NCBI GenBank assembly: GCA_963713095.1
Contig: CAVQKK010000003.1
Location: 1,245,339 to 1,309,338, forward strand
DNA length: 64,000 nucleotides
From: an uncultured Chloroflexia bacterium
Lineage (GTDB): Bacteria > Chloroflexota > Limnocylindria > Limnocylindrales > CSP1-4
Direction of reading: 5' to 3'
The stretch's first letter is position 1. Each line of letters begins with the position of its first letter. The notes beneath the pieces were generated by a model. It did not search any database, was not told the DNA's origin, and saw nothing but the letters and a program-made list of their open reading frames with translations. The translations under genes were made by a program, and so were the position numbers. Of this stretch, positions 1-9,814 are shown piece after piece.

Positions 1-182
1 CGTGGCTGCGCCAAGGTCAACATCTCGACCGCGCTCAAGATCGCGTTCATGCAGTCGGGCTACGCGTTCATGACCGAGCATCCCGGCACGTACGACCCCC
101 CGTCGCTGTTCAAGGTCCAGCGGGCCGCCGTCAAGGACATGGCAGCGCACCACATCGAGATGTTCGGCGGAGCCGGGAAGGC

Positions 183-968
183 GTGGTGAGCCTGATGAGC
201 ACCATCATCCTCGACTGCGACGGCGTGCTGGCCGACACCGAGCGGTACGGCCATCTACCGGCGTTCAACCAGACGTTCGAGGAGTTTGGGCTCCCGCTCC
301 GCTGGTCCGAGGAGGAGTACGGCCGCCGGCTCAGGATCGGGGGCGGCAAGGAGCGGATGGCGAGCGCGTTGACGCCCGAGGTGATCCAGGCGGCCGGGCT
401 GCCCGAGGATCCCGCGGCGCTCGCCGCCGAGGTCGCCGCCTGGCACAAGCGCAAGACCGCGCTCTACACGCAGATGGTCGCGGATGGCAGGCTGCCGCCG
501 CGGCCGGGCATCCGGCGCCTCATCTCGGAGGCACAGGACGCGGGCTGGACGCTCGCGGTGGCCTCGACCTCGGCCGAGCCGTCCGTGCGCGCCATCCTCG
601 AGTACGCCGTGGGCAAGGATCGCGCGGACCGGTTCGACCTGCTGCTCGCAGGCGACGTGGTACCCGCCAAGAAGCCCGACCCGGCGATCTACCTTCTCGC
701 TCTCGAGCGGCTGGGCGTCGCGCCGGCCGGCGTGCTCGTGGTCGAGGACTCCCGCAACGGCCTGCTGGCCGCCGTTGGCGCGGGCCTTCGCTGCCTGATG
801 ACCGTCAACGGCTACACACAGAAGGAGGACAACGGCGAGGCAACGCTGGTCGTGACGTCACTGGGCGACCCGGACGGTGAGCGGACGCGCGTGCTCGCCA
901 ACCGCAGCCGGGCAACTCCGGGGGACTACATCACGCTCGCGGATCTCGAGGCGGTCCTGGCCTCGTAG
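183..968 (+). CDS. HAD-superfamily hydrolase (CbbY/sugar-phosphatase-like)
   Basis: 261-aa ORF; N-terminal ILDCDGVLADTE (DxDGT/V motif I) and C-terminal VVEDSRNGLLAA motif typical of HAD subfamily IA. Confidence 0.8.
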   Translation: MVSLMSTIILDCDGVLADTERYGHLPAFNQTFEEFGLPLRWSEEEYGRRLRIGGGKERMASALTPEVIQAAGLPEDPAALAAEVAAWHKRKTALYTQMVADGRLPPRPGIRRLISEAQDAGWTLAVASTSAEPSVRAILEYAVGKDRADRFDLLLAGDVVPAKKPDPAIYLLALERLGVAPAGVLVVEDSRNGLLAAVGAGLRCLMTVNGYTQKEDNGEATLVVTSLGDPDGERTRVLANRSRATPGDYITLADLEAVLAS

Positions 969-1006
969 CGCGGCGGCAGGAGGTGCAACCTCGAAGGGAG
1001 GCAGGG

Positions 1007-1666
1007 ATGACGGCATCATCCCTCGACGATCTCGATCTCGTGATCAAGACGATGGCGAAGACGATCGTCGACAACGCGGACTACTTCGCCCAGCTCGACT
1101 CGATCGTGGGCGATGGCGACTTCGGGTACTCGCTGCGGAACGGCTGGGAGGTGGTTCAGGCCGACTACGACAGCTGGGATCGCCCCAACGCGGGGGCGAC
1201 CCTCAAGAAGATCGGCCTGACGCTGTCCGGCAAGGTCGGTGGCGTGAGCGGGCCGATGTGGGGCACCGCGTTCCTGCGCGCCGGCGTGACCGCCGGGGAG
1301 CAGGACCTGACACCCGACCTCGTGATCGAGATGCTCCGGGCCGCCATCGCGGGGATCATGGCCCGTGGCGGGGCGTCGCTGGGTGACAAGACGCTGCTCG
1401 ACGCGCTCTCTCCGGCGACCGACAGCCTCGAGGCCAGCTTCAAGGATCCAGCGACCGGCGCGGACCACGGCGTGGCCGCGGTCCAGCGGACGGCCGACGT
1501 GGCCGTCAAGGCGGCCGAGGACACCAAGGGGATGCTCGCCCTGCGCGGCCGGGCCGCCTACACGGGTGAGCGAAGCCGGGATTCAGTGGACGCCGGCGCC
1601 ACCGCGATCGGGGTCATCCTCCAGGCCGTGGCCGCGGCCTGGGCAGAGAAGTACGGCCAGGCATAA
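1007..1666 (+). CDS. dhaL: dihydroxyacetone kinase ADP-binding subunit DhaL
   Basis: ATG at 1007 preceded by GAAGGGAGG RBS; DhaL-like motif DSIVGDGDFGYSL; immediately upstream of dhaK. Confidence 0.75.
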   Translation: MTASSLDDLDLVIKTMAKTIVDNADYFAQLDSIVGDGDFGYSLRNGWEVVQADYDSWDRPNAGATLKKIGLTLSGKVGGVSGPMWGTAFLRAGVTAGEQDLTPDLVIEMLRAAIAGIMARGGASLGDKTLLDALSPATDSLEASFKDPATGADHGVAAVQRTADVAVKAAEDTKGMLALRGRAAYTGERSRDSVDAGATAIGVILQAVAAAWAEKYGQA

Positions 1667-1679
1667 GGGGAAGCACGAC

Positions 1680-2675
1680 GTGAAGAAGTTCGTCAACGAT
1701 CCCAGGCAGTTCGTGCCCGAGTTCCTCGAGGGCATCCAGCTCGCCAGCGGAGGCACGCTCAAGTACGAGCCCAAGTACAACCTGATCTACCGGGCCGACA
1801 TGCCCAAGGCCGATCGAGTGTCGATCATCCAGGGCTCGGGCTCGGGCCACGAGCCGGCTCACACCATGATCGTCGGCCCCGGCATGCTCGACGCAGCCTG
1901 CCCGGGCGACGTGTTCGCCGGTCCGCCGGTCGAGTTCGTGACCGAGACCTCCAAGCTCATGGAAACGCCCAAGGGCGTGCTCTACATCGTCAACAACTAC
2001 ACCGGCGACCGCGCCGCCTGGGAGATGGCCAAGGAGCTCCAGGAGGCCGAGGGCCAGAAGATCGGCTACCTGCTGGTCAACGACGACGTGGCGGTCAAGG
2101 ACTCGACCTGGACCGTGGGCCGCCGCGGCGTGGCCGGCAACTTCTTCGTGATCAAGGCGGCGGCCGCCATGGCCGACAAGGGCGGCTCGCTCGAGGAGTG
2201 CGTCCGGGTTGGCGAGAAGGCGATCGCCAACGTGCGGACCATGGGCGTCGCCCTTTCGTCCTGCACCCCGCCAGTGCGCGGCACGCCGCTGTTCGAGATC
2301 GCCGACGACGAGATGGAGGTTGGCATCGGCATCCACGGGGAGCCGGGCCGCCAGCGCGTCAAGATCATGTCCGCGAACGAGATCGTCGACCTGCTGCTCG
2401 ACGCGATCGTGCCCGATCTCCCGTTCCAGTCCGGCGACGAGGTCGCGCTCATGGTCAACGGCCTCGGTGGCACGCCGGTCAGCGAGCTGTACCTTCTCTA
2501 TGGAGCGGCGCACAAGCGGCTTGCCGAGAAGGGCATCAAGGTGTTCCGGAGCTACGTCGGCGAGTACTGCACCTCGCTCGAGATGGCCGGCGCCCACATC
2601 TCGCTGCTCAAGGTCGACAACGAGCTCAAGGAGCTCCTGCTCGCTCCCGCCGAGGTGGCCTACCGGGTGTTCTGA
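1680..2675 (+). CDS. dhaK: dihydroxyacetone kinase subunit DhaK
   Basis: GTG start 14 nt after dhaL stop with AAGGGGAAG RBS; N-terminus VKKFVNDPRQFVPEFLEG and Dak1-domain similarity throughout. Confidence 0.8.
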   Translation: MKKFVNDPRQFVPEFLEGIQLASGGTLKYEPKYNLIYRADMPKADRVSIIQGSGSGHEPAHTMIVGPGMLDAACPGDVFAGPPVEFVTETSKLMETPKGVLYIVNNYTGDRAAWEMAKELQEAEGQKIGYLLVNDDVAVKDSTWTVGRRGVAGNFFVIKAAAAMADKGGSLEECVRVGEKAIANVRTMGVALSSCTPPVRGTPLFEIADDEMEVGIGIHGEPGRQRVKIMSANEIVDLLLDAIVPDLPFQSGDEVALMVNGLGGTPVSELYLLYGAAHKRLAEKGIKVFRSYVGEYCTSLEMAGAHISLLKVDNELKELLLAPAEVAYRVF

Positions 2676-2697
2676 CCCCCATTCCGCGTCCGTCACA

Positions 2698-2733
2698 GGC
2701 GGCGTCCGGCTCCGGCCGGGCGCCGCCGTTTCG
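2698..2733 (+). terminator. GC-rich hairpin followed by GTTTCG after dhaK
   Basis: GGCGGCG...CGCCGCC stem then T-rich tail, 23 nt after the dhaK stop. Confidence 0.4.
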
Positions 2734-2782
2734 TGACCGACCAGGCGCGGTAAGTCGCCGATGAGGCACGCCAAAGCTGCCG

Positions 2783-3487
2783 ATGAAGCACGTGCGCCAC
2801 GCTGGTCGCGTGTCGTCACTCGTGCGTGCCTCGGTGGGCAGGGCCCTGGATCTCGCGCTGCCGGCCGTCTGTCCCGGCTGCGGTGCCGAGGGCCCGCCGC
2901 TGTGCGCCCGCTGCCGTCCGGCCGTGGATGCGCGGCTGGACCTGCCGGCAGGGGCTCCGCTCGGGCTCGCGGAGGGACCGCCCGAGCCGCTGCTCCAGCT
3001 CGAATGGTGCGCGCCGTTCGCGGGCGTCGTGCGCCGCGCCCTGCATGAGCTCAAGTACACGGGCGAGCAGCGGCTGGCGCGGCCGCTGGGCCAGGCGGTC
3101 GCCACCCGCTGGGCGCGGGCGGGGGCCGGGGGCGAGGTGCTCGTCCCGGTACCCGTCCATGTCTCCCGCCGCCGCGAGCGAGGGTACGACCAGGCGGAGC
3201 TGATCGCGACATCTGCCGCGGAGTCGCTCGGGCTCCCCTGCTCGTCCGCCGTGATCCGCGACCGCGCCACGGTGCCGCAATACCGCCTCGACCGATGGCA
3301 TCGGGCCACGAACGTCCGGGACGCGTTCATCGTCCGTCCACACGCGGCCGGGAGCGTGGCCGGAAGATGGGTGGTCCTGGTCGACGACGTGGTCACGACC
3401 GGCGCGACCCTGACCGCCACAGCCGGCGCCCTGATCGCCGCCGGAGCGACCGCGGTGAGCGCGATCGCCGTCGCCCGCGAGCGCTGA
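2783..3487 (+). CDS. comF: ComF-family protein (double CxxC zinc finger plus phosphoribosyltransferase domain)
   Basis: N-terminal CPGC...CARC motifs; C-terminal VVLVDDVVTTGATL PRTase signature. Confidence 0.7.
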   Translation: MKHVRHAGRVSSLVRASVGRALDLALPAVCPGCGAEGPPLCARCRPAVDARLDLPAGAPLGLAEGPPEPLLQLEWCAPFAGVVRRALHELKYTGEQRLARPLGQAVATRWARAGAGGEVLVPVPVHVSRRRERGYDQAELIATSAAESLGLPCSSAVIRDRATVPQYRLDRWHRATNVRDAFIVRPHAAGSVAGRWVVLVDDVVTTGATLTATAGALIAAGATAVSAIAVARER

Positions 3488-3514
3488 CGGACACCTCCGA
3501 TCGCGCCTGCCGGC

Positions 3515-3548
3515 TCTTCCGGACGACAGCAGTCTCGCGGCTATACTC
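3515..3548 (+). promoter_or_regulatory. candidate promoter of hpf (TTCCGG ... TATACT)
   Basis: TATACT -10-like hexamer at 3542-3547, about 80 nt upstream of the hpf GTG; GGGAGG RBS before the start. Confidence 0.2.
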
Positions 3549-3625
3549 GGGTCACCGGGCCGGGTCGGTCCACCGGCCCGTCCGCCCCCACAGCCAGGCG
3601 CTCGCATCGCGCCGGGAGGTCAGTC

Positions 3626-4231
3626 GTGAGGACGATCGTCAGGGGCAAGAACCTCGAGGTTCCGGACCGCGTCAGGCAGTATGCCGAGCGCAAGTTCGCC
3701 CGTCTCGAACGGCTCCTGGACGACCGCTCTGACGCCATCGTCGAGCTGTCGAACGAGGCACATCGCAGCGCGGCCGACGCGCACATCGCGGACGTGACCC
3801 TTGTCATCGACGGTCGGACGCTGCGCAGCCGAGCGGCCGGCGCCTCGTACCAGGCGGCGCTGGACGTCGTGGTGGACAAGGTCGAGCGCCAGGCGATCGA
3901 CCACAAGGAGAAGCCGCGGGTTCGGGCCAGGCCCGAGGAGGAGAAGTCGATCCTGCGGCGGATCGCCGACGGTACCTCGGACGGAGACCACGAGCGCCAG
4001 GTCGTCAAGACCAAGCGGTTTGCGATCGAGCCGATGTTCGAGGAGGACGCGGTCACCGCGATGGAGGAGCTCGGCCACGACTTCTACGTGTTCGTCAATG
4101 CCGAGAACGAGCGGATCAGCGTGCTCTACCGCCGCAAGGATGGCGACTTCGGGCTGATCGAGCCGGTCGTGGGCGGCGAGTACACCCTGCCCCGAGGCAG
4201 GAGCGGCACGGGACGAACCGGGCGCGCCTAG
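3626..4231 (+). CDS. hpf: ribosome hibernation promoting factor (long HPF/RaiA family)
   Basis: GTG start after GGGAGG; N-terminal sigma-54-modulation/RaiA domain (IVRGKNLEVPDRVRQYAERKF) and C-terminal dimerisation domain (DFYVFVNAENERISVLYRRKDGDFGLIE). Confidence 0.85.
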   Translation: MRTIVRGKNLEVPDRVRQYAERKFARLERLLDDRSDAIVELSNEAHRSAADAHIADVTLVIDGRTLRSRAAGASYQAALDVVVDKVERQAIDHKEKPRVRARPEEEKSILRRIADGTSDGDHERQVVKTKRFAIEPMFEEDAVTAMEELGHDFYVFVNAENERISVLYRRKDGDFGLIEPVVGGEYTLPRGRSGTGRTGRA

Positions 4232-4267
4232 CGCCGGGGCCACTCGCCTAGCGCCGGGGCCACTCGC
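4228..4267. repeat. 20-bp perfect tandem duplication (CTAGCGCCGGGGCCACTCGC x2) starting at the hpf stop codon
   Basis: direct inspection; the stop codon TAG is itself part of the duplicated unit. Confidence 0.6.
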
Positions 4268-4340
4268 CGAGGCGGCCGTCGACGGAGCCTGATCGGAAGT
4301 CCGAGGCGCCGGTCCACGCCGCTCCGCTACGCTTCGGTCG

Positions 4341-5315
4341 ATGCTCCCGAACGGCCGGCGACTTGGCGCGCACCTCTCGCTGGGCAACGGCATGGTCCGG
4401 GCCGCGGATCGAGCCGCCGAGATCGGCGCGTCCGCGATCCAGGTGTTCAGCGACAATCCGGCATCCTGGCACCGCCGGCACACGCTGCCGCGTGAGCTGC
4501 CTGCGTTCCGGGAGCGGCTCGCGGCGCTCGACATCACCCCGCTCGCGATCCATGCCCCGTACCTGATCAACCTCGCCAGCCCGGATCCAGCGTTCTTCGA
4601 CCGGTCGATCCAGGCCCTCGCCCACGAGCTCGAGGTCGCCGCAGCCTACGGCGCCAGGTACGTGAACGTGCACATCGGATCGCATCGGGGGGCGGGACAC
4701 GAGGCCGGGACGGAACGGCTCGCGAACGGCCTGGCCCGCGTGCTCGAGCTGTGGGACCCGTCGCCCTCGGGCGTCGTCCTGGTATTCGAGAACGGTGCCG
4801 GCGGCGGGTTCGGGATGGGTGCCCGGGTCGAGGACCTCGTCACCATCGAGGCGGCTGCGGTGGCGGCTGGGGTCAATCGCGAACGATTCGGATACTGCCT
4901 CGATACCGCGCACCTGTGGGGCGCGGGCTATCCGATTGGAGACGCGGCCGGCGTTGACGCCCTTGTCACGGCGTTCGGCGACCAGCTCGGCCTCGACCGG
5001 CTGCACATGATCCACCTCAACGACTCGCGCCACCCGTGTGGCTCGCGAATGGACCGCCACGAGCACGTCGGGGCGGGCGAGATCGGGGTCGAGGGCCTCG
5101 CCCGGATCCTTCGCCACCCGTCCCTCGAGCACGTTACCTACTACATCGAGACCCCCGGCATGGACGAGGGGTACGACGCGATCAACGTCCGGCGCGCCCA
5201 GGAGCTGGCGGCGGGCAGGCCCCTCGACCCGCTGCCGCCGGAGGCGTTCACGATCAAGAGCTCGAGGGGACGCAGCGCCCCGGCCGAGCACGACGACCAG
5301 GACACCGGGCGGTGA
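4341..5315 (+). CDS. nfo: deoxyribonuclease IV (endonuclease IV, AP endonuclease family 2, TIM barrel)
   Basis: LGAHLS...AIQVFSDNP...HAPYLINLAS...HIGSH motif series typical of Nfo. Confidence 0.8.
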   Translation: MLPNGRRLGAHLSLGNGMVRAADRAAEIGASAIQVFSDNPASWHRRHTLPRELPAFRERLAALDITPLAIHAPYLINLASPDPAFFDRSIQALAHELEVAAAYGARYVNVHIGSHRGAGHEAGTERLANGLARVLELWDPSPSGVVLVFENGAGGGFGMGARVEDLVTIEAAAVAAGVNRERFGYCLDTAHLWGAGYPIGDAAGVDALVTAFGDQLGLDRLHMIHLNDSRHPCGSRMDRHEHVGAGEIGVEGLARILRHPSLEHVTYYIETPGMDEGYDAINVRRAQELAAGRPLDPLPPEAFTIKSSRGRSAPAEHDDQDTGR

Positions 5316-6958
5316 GGCTCCGGGCGGTGGGTTCCGACGCGGTGAGCACGCGCGCGGGACGGCTCGAGCTGGGGGTGCTGCTCGCGATCCTGGTGCTCGC
5401 AGCCCTGACCCGCCTGCCCGGGCTCGACGTGCGCGGACCGTGGGACGCCGACCAGGGCCACGACATGATCGTGCTCGACGCGCTCATCCACCGCGGGGAG
5501 GTGCCGCTGCTCGGACCCCGCACGTCCGTCGGGACGTTCCACCATGGCGCCGTCTACTACTACCTGCTCGCGCCCGCGGCGGCCGTCTCCAACGCGGACC
5601 CGGTGGCCGTGACGGCCGAGATCGCGCTGTTCGGAATCGCGGCCGTGGGTGCCGTCTGGTGGCTCGCCCGCATGGTCGGGGGACCGCTCGCGGCGGCTGC
5701 CGCGGCCCTGCTGGCTGCGGTCTCGCCGGCGGGGATCGACGAATCCACGTTCATCTGGAACCCCAATCTGATCCCGTTCGCGGCGGCGCTCGCCTACGCC
5801 GCCGCGCTGCACGCATGGCAATCGGGTCGCGCCCGCTGGTGGCTGCTCTCCGCGCTGGGAGCCATGGTCACGATGCAGTGCCATGTGCTCGGGGCGGTTG
5901 CGCTGCCGCCGCTGCTGATCGCCTACCTGGCCGACGTCCGTCGCGCGCGCGCGGCAAGCACGGGGGCCGGGGCACTCCTGCGCGCCGGGTTGGGGGGCGC
6001 GGCGATCATCGTCGCGGGCTACCTCCCGCTCGCGGTCAATGAGCTGACCCATGACTTCGCCGAGACGCGCGCCATGCTCGCCTACCTCGCCGGCGGCAGC
6101 AGCTCGTCGGGCGGTGGGATCCTCTCGCATGTGGTCACCGTGGGCCTCCGGTCCGTCACCTGGCCATTCACCGGGCTGATCTCGGACCGCCCGGTGGCGG
6201 CGATCCTGGTGTTCCTGGTCGCCGCCGGGCTGGCGGGGCTGGCCGTCGTGTACGGGCATCCCTCGCGGCGCCGGGCCGCCGGCTGGCTCCTGCTCACGGT
6301 CGGCTGGTCGGTCGTCGCCCTGGCCGTGTTCGCACCGAGCCTCGCGGTGATCACGCCGGGCCTGCCCAACGACCACTACCACGCCTTCCTGGATCCGCTG
6401 GTGCTGGTGCTCGCCGGCGTCGGGCTGGCGCGGCTGGCATCGCCCGGCGCGGGGGCCCGGGCCCGCCTCGACCACGAGGTCACGGGCGACGGCCAGCCGG
6501 GCGGTCGCCGGGTCGGTCCCACGGCGATCGTCGCCGGGGCGGCCAGCGTGGTGCTCGTCGCGATCGCGGTCTCCGCCTGGCCCCCGGCGGTATCGCCCGA
6601 CGGCGGCTGGGCGCTCGTCGATCAGGCTGCCGTTCGAGTGATCGGCTCGGCGGGCGGGCAACCGTTGGCCCTCGATGGCATCCCGGTGTTCAAGTCGGCG
6701 GACGCGCTCCGGTTCCCGCTCGAGCACCGGGGGGTGGTGCCGCTCCTGGCGGATGCCCTCGCCGGCGATGATCCCCCACCGGTGGCGGTCGTCGTGTGCG
6801 ACCCGCTGTTCGCCGACGCGACGGGAGCCGCCTGCGGCGGACCCGCGGAATCGGCCTGGCTGGCGACGAGTGCGCCGAGCCTGGTGCTGGCCGATCGATT
6901 CGCCGCCGGGCCCCGCCGCACGATCTCCGTGTTCCGTGCGGGGGCAACCGCCCGCTGA
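5312..6958 (+). CDS. polytopic membrane glycosyltransferase (GT39/GT83-like, ArnT/PMT fold)
   Basis: GTG at 5312 overlaps the nfo stop (GTGA); more than 10 predicted TM helices; N-terminal cytoplasm-facing loop GPWDADQGHDMIVLDALI resembles the DE-containing catalytic loop of GT-C enzymes. Confidence 0.55.
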   Translation: MRLRAVGSDAVSTRAGRLELGVLLAILVLAALTRLPGLDVRGPWDADQGHDMIVLDALIHRGEVPLLGPRTSVGTFHHGAVYYYLLAPAAAVSNADPVAVTAEIALFGIAAVGAVWWLARMVGGPLAAAAAALLAAVSPAGIDESTFIWNPNLIPFAAALAYAAALHAWQSGRARWWLLSALGAMVTMQCHVLGAVALPPLLIAYLADVRRARAASTGAGALLRAGLGGAAIIVAGYLPLAVNELTHDFAETRAMLAYLAGGSSSSGGGILSHVVTVGLRSVTWPFTGLISDRPVAAILVFLVAAGLAGLAVVYGHPSRRRAAGWLLLTVGWSVVALAVFAPSLAVITPGLPNDHYHAFLDPLVLVLAGVGLARLASPGAGARARLDHEVTGDGQPGGRRVGPTAIVAGAASVVLVAIAVSAWPPAVSPDGGWALVDQAAVRVIGSAGGQPLALDGIPVFKSADALRFPLEHRGVVPLLADALAGDDPPPVAVVVCDPLFADATGAACGGPAESAWLATSAPSLVLADRFAAGPRRTISVFRAGATAR

Positions 6959-7006
6959 GCTGGGAGGCGACCCATCCCGCGCGAGGCGCCGACGGGCTCA
7001 GGAATC

Positions 7007-7038
7007 GCGAACGCCGGCCCCCGCGGACCGGCGTTCGC
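7007..7038. terminator. bidirectional GC hairpin between convergent genes (11-bp perfect stem GCGAACGCCGG/CCGGCGTTCGC)
   Basis: direct inspection; lies between the GT39-like (+) and XRE (-) gene ends. Confidence 0.45.
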
Positions 7039-7088
7039 TGTCCCCGAGACCCGAACGTGGAGGGACGTTCAGGCCGTACCTGGAGTCT

Positions 7089-7664
7089 TCATTGCCGGCC
7101 GGGCGTCCTCGCCGGGGGCCTGACGGCCGGCCGCTGGACGCCGTAGCGCGGCGGCGCGGATCGGAGAACCGGGGGCGCCACCACGCCCGCGCCACCAACG
7201 CTGGTGACGCTGGACACGGTCGGGATGTGCCCGTAGGCGCCGGCCGACGCGCTGGTCGACCTGGGGTTGCTGGTGGCAGCGGACTCGCCGCCGACGCCCT
7301 GGTAGGTCCGAGCGAAGCGACGGATGCGAACCGCCAGGTAGTACTCCATGATCTGGCGAACCTGCGGCTCGCTCAGGACCTCGTCGGCGCGCAGGGCGTA
7401 CTCGACGCGGGCCGTCGGGTTCTGCGGCCCCACGGATACCACGCCGAGGGCCGTCGACGTGTCGGAGTCGTCGCGGATCTCGCGCAGGCCGCGCGCAAGC
7501 TTGGTCGCCGTCCCCAGCGACGGCATGCGGTCACCCCGGATCAGTCGGGAGATCGTCGAATGGTCGACGCCCGACTGCTGCGCCAGCTGGCGCTGCGACA
7601 TCTTCTTGGCCTTGAGCTGCGCTCGGAGCCACTCGTTGAACGCGCGGCCGTTCTCGCTCGTCAT
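7089..7664 (-). CDS. XRE-family helix-turn-helix regulator with Pro-rich C-terminal tail
   Basis: N-terminal KMSQRQLAQQSGVDHSTISRLIRGDRMPS HTH_3 motif. Confidence 0.7.
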   Translation of the reverse strand: MTSENGRAFNEWLRAQLKAKKMSQRQLAQQSGVDHSTISRLIRGDRMPSLGTATKLARGLREIRDDSDTSTALGVVSVGPQNPTARVEYALRADEVLSEPQVRQIMEYYLAVRIRRFARTYQGVGGESAATSNPRSTSASAGAYGHIPTVSSVTSVGGAGVVAPPVLRSAPPRYGVQRPAVRPPARTPGRQ

Positions 7665-7943
7665 GCTCGCCTTGGGCTAGGCTCCCACGCCCTGTGCGCG
7701 GGATCGACCTGCAGTGTCAACCCGGCGCCGTCTCGTCCCAATCCCCCGTTGGTACTCCTGTCGCGTTGCATCCGCGCACGAATTCGCGTGGGGTGCGGTG
7801 ACGTCTTGGCGGATTCGGGGATGACCCGATCGGGCCAGTGGGTCCCGGTACCCGATACGTCCATCCTGACGTGGTCAGTTTGCGATCTCCCTGTCACGAC
7901 TCACCCGCGCAAACGGGCCGGCGAGCCGTCAGCCCTCAGGCCG

Positions 7944-9065
7944 TCAGCCGACAGGCGCGCTCAGCTCGACCGGCTGCGACAGCCCGGCCCCGCGGCGACG
8001 CGGCGAGACCGCGTACAGAATCGACCCGAGCACGATGACCGAGAACACGCTGATCGCGCGATCCAGCAGCGCGATCGCCGTCGCCTCGGGCAGCGGCACC
8101 TGGTAGACGAGCGTGAGGACCCCCACGATCCCCGCCTCGACGATCCCGAGCCCGGCCGGGCTGAGCGGCACCGCCGTCAGCAGCGAGCCGATGAGGGCGA
8201 CGAACACGGCACCCGAGACGCCCAGCTCCACGTCGGGGAACCCGAACGCGAGGACCACGAAGTAGAGGCGCAGGGCCTCGGTCATCCAGATCGCGACGCT
8301 CAGCGCCCCCAGGCTCGGCAGCTGGCTCCGCTGGAGCGCCCCGAACACGCCCTGCTCGAAGCGGTCGTAGAACTCGATCACCCGGTGTGGCAGCGGCAGC
8401 GCGCTGATCACGCGCCGGCCGAAGTTGCGCATGGTGAACAGCGCGACCGCGAGCAGCCCCACGACCACCAGCGCGACGACGAACAGCAGCTGAATGGACG
8501 ACGGCAGCCCGCTGCGGAAGCTCCAGTAGCCGGCCGCGATGCCCAGCAGGGCGATCGTGAAGATGTCCATGAGCCGTTCGATGAACACGGTGCCGAACGT
8601 GCGACTCAGCGATGCCGTGCTGTTGAGCCGGAGCAGGTAGGCGCGGTACACATCTCCGAGCTTCGCCGGCACCAGGCAGTTCACGAGCCACGACAGGAAC
8701 AGGATCTCGGTCGAGTCCTTGACCCCGATCTCGAACCCGGTGCCGCGGAGCAGCACCGCCCATCGCAGGCCACGCAGCGGGAACCCGAGATAGAACACGA
8801 GAAAGGCGACCAGGATGAGCGCCGGGCTCGCGCCACCGATCAGCTCCGGGACCTTCGACAGCGAATGCCAGTTGAGCGCGACGAAGAAGATGATGATGGC
8901 CAGCGGGACCAGGATCGACACGATCGTCTTGGTCTGGCGCAGCCGGCTGCCCAGTGACACCCGCTCGGCAGATGCGTCCACCGAGTCGTCATCGGCGGGC
9001 TCGGCAGGGGACAGCGCGGCGGCCATTGGCTGGGGTTCGATGTCGGGCACGGGTGGTTCACTCAT
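7944..9065 (-). CDS. membrane protein with lysylphosphatidylglycerol-synthase TM region (UPF0104/MprF flippase-like)
   Basis: 8 or more TM helices; conserved GLRW..LLRGTG..IG...S..I.FLSWLVNCLVPAKLGDVYRAYLL block; start chosen at MSEPPVPD, 8 nt overlap with the PHP gene stop. Confidence 0.6.
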   Translation of the reverse strand: MSEPPVPDIEPQPMAAALSPAEPADDDSVDASAERVSLGSRLRQTKTIVSILVPLAIIIFFVALNWHSLSKVPELIGGASPALILVAFLVFYLGFPLRGLRWAVLLRGTGFEIGVKDSTEILFLSWLVNCLVPAKLGDVYRAYLLRLNSTASLSRTFGTVFIERLMDIFTIALLGIAAGYWSFRSGLPSSIQLLFVVALVVVGLLAVALFTMRNFGRRVISALPLPHRVIEFYDRFEQGVFGALQRSQLPSLGALSVAIWMTEALRLYFVVLAFGFPDVELGVSGAVFVALIGSLLTAVPLSPAGLGIVEAGIVGVLTLVYQVPLPEATAIALLDRAISVFSVIVLGSILYAVSPRRRGAGLSQPVELSAPVG

Positions 9066-9771
9066 TGCGCAGGCCGGCCGGACCGGTGGACGTCGGAGGC
9101 ACACGCCGCTTTCCCCGGGCGCGGTTGACGAGCTTGGCCAGCGGTGTGACCGTCCGCACGATATACGATGCGCGACCGGGCACAAGCTCGACATTGGTCA
9201 GGGCGGCCAGCAGGCCTTCCGGCGTCGAGGGATCGCCGTCGACGACGGTGTAGGCGACGCCAACCTCGAGCACGCTGTGCGCGTCCGACACCGCGACCCC
9301 GGGCAGGTGCATGTCGCGCGCGAAGGAGGCGGCGCGCTCGTTTCCCGTGCCCCCGACGACGCGGGCGTTGTACGCCTCGATCCAGTCCACCTGGGCGGCC
9401 GTCGTCTCCAGCCGTGGGTCGTTGAGCATCGAGCCCCGGAAGCGGTCGAACGGATGCGGGATGCCCAGGACGCCCCCCTGCTCGCGGACGGCGGCGATCG
9501 TGTCGCGCGCCGAGAGGCCCGGTGGCACGGCGTGGTCCAGGAACAGCGCAATCAGGTCGCCGTCGGCGGTCCGGATCTCCTCTCCCACGATCACGGTCAG
9601 GCCGTGGGGCGCCGCTTCACGCGCACGGAGCGCCCCATCGATCAGGTCGTGATCGGTGATCGCGAGATAGGTGAGCCCGCGGTCGGCCGCGGCCTTGACG
9701 ACGGCTTCGGGTGACGCCAGCGAATCGAACGAGGCCGACGTATGGCAGTGGAGATCGATGAACGCCTTCAC
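9058..9771 (-). CDS. PHP-domain metal-dependent phosphoesterase
   Basis: N-terminal IDLHCHTSASFDS...YLAITDHD PHP motifs. Confidence 0.75.
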   Translation of the reverse strand: MKAFIDLHCHTSASFDSLASPEAVVKAAADRGLTYLAITDHDLIDGALRAREAAPHGLTVIVGEEIRTADGDLIALFLDHAVPPGLSARDTIAAVREQGGVLGIPHPFDRFRGSMLNDPRLETTAAQVDWIEAYNARVVGGTGNERAASFARDMHLPGVAVSDAHSVLEVGVAYTVVDGDPSTPEGLLAALTNVELVPGRASYIVRTVTPLAKLVNRARGKRRVPPTSTGPAGLRNE

Positions 9772-9814
9772 CCCGCTCCCCCGCTCGATATCAGCTCGGC
9801 CACGGCAGCGGGCT

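Noticed and set aside
1614-2819. 401-aa minus-strand ORF
   Set aside because: Antisense to dhaK; no recognisable domain; real DhaK on the plus strand.
5141-6727. 528-aa minus-strand ORF and overlapping plus-frame ORF 5038-6042
   Set aside because: Shadow ORFs of the GT39-like membrane protein gene; the chosen frame gives coherent TM helices.
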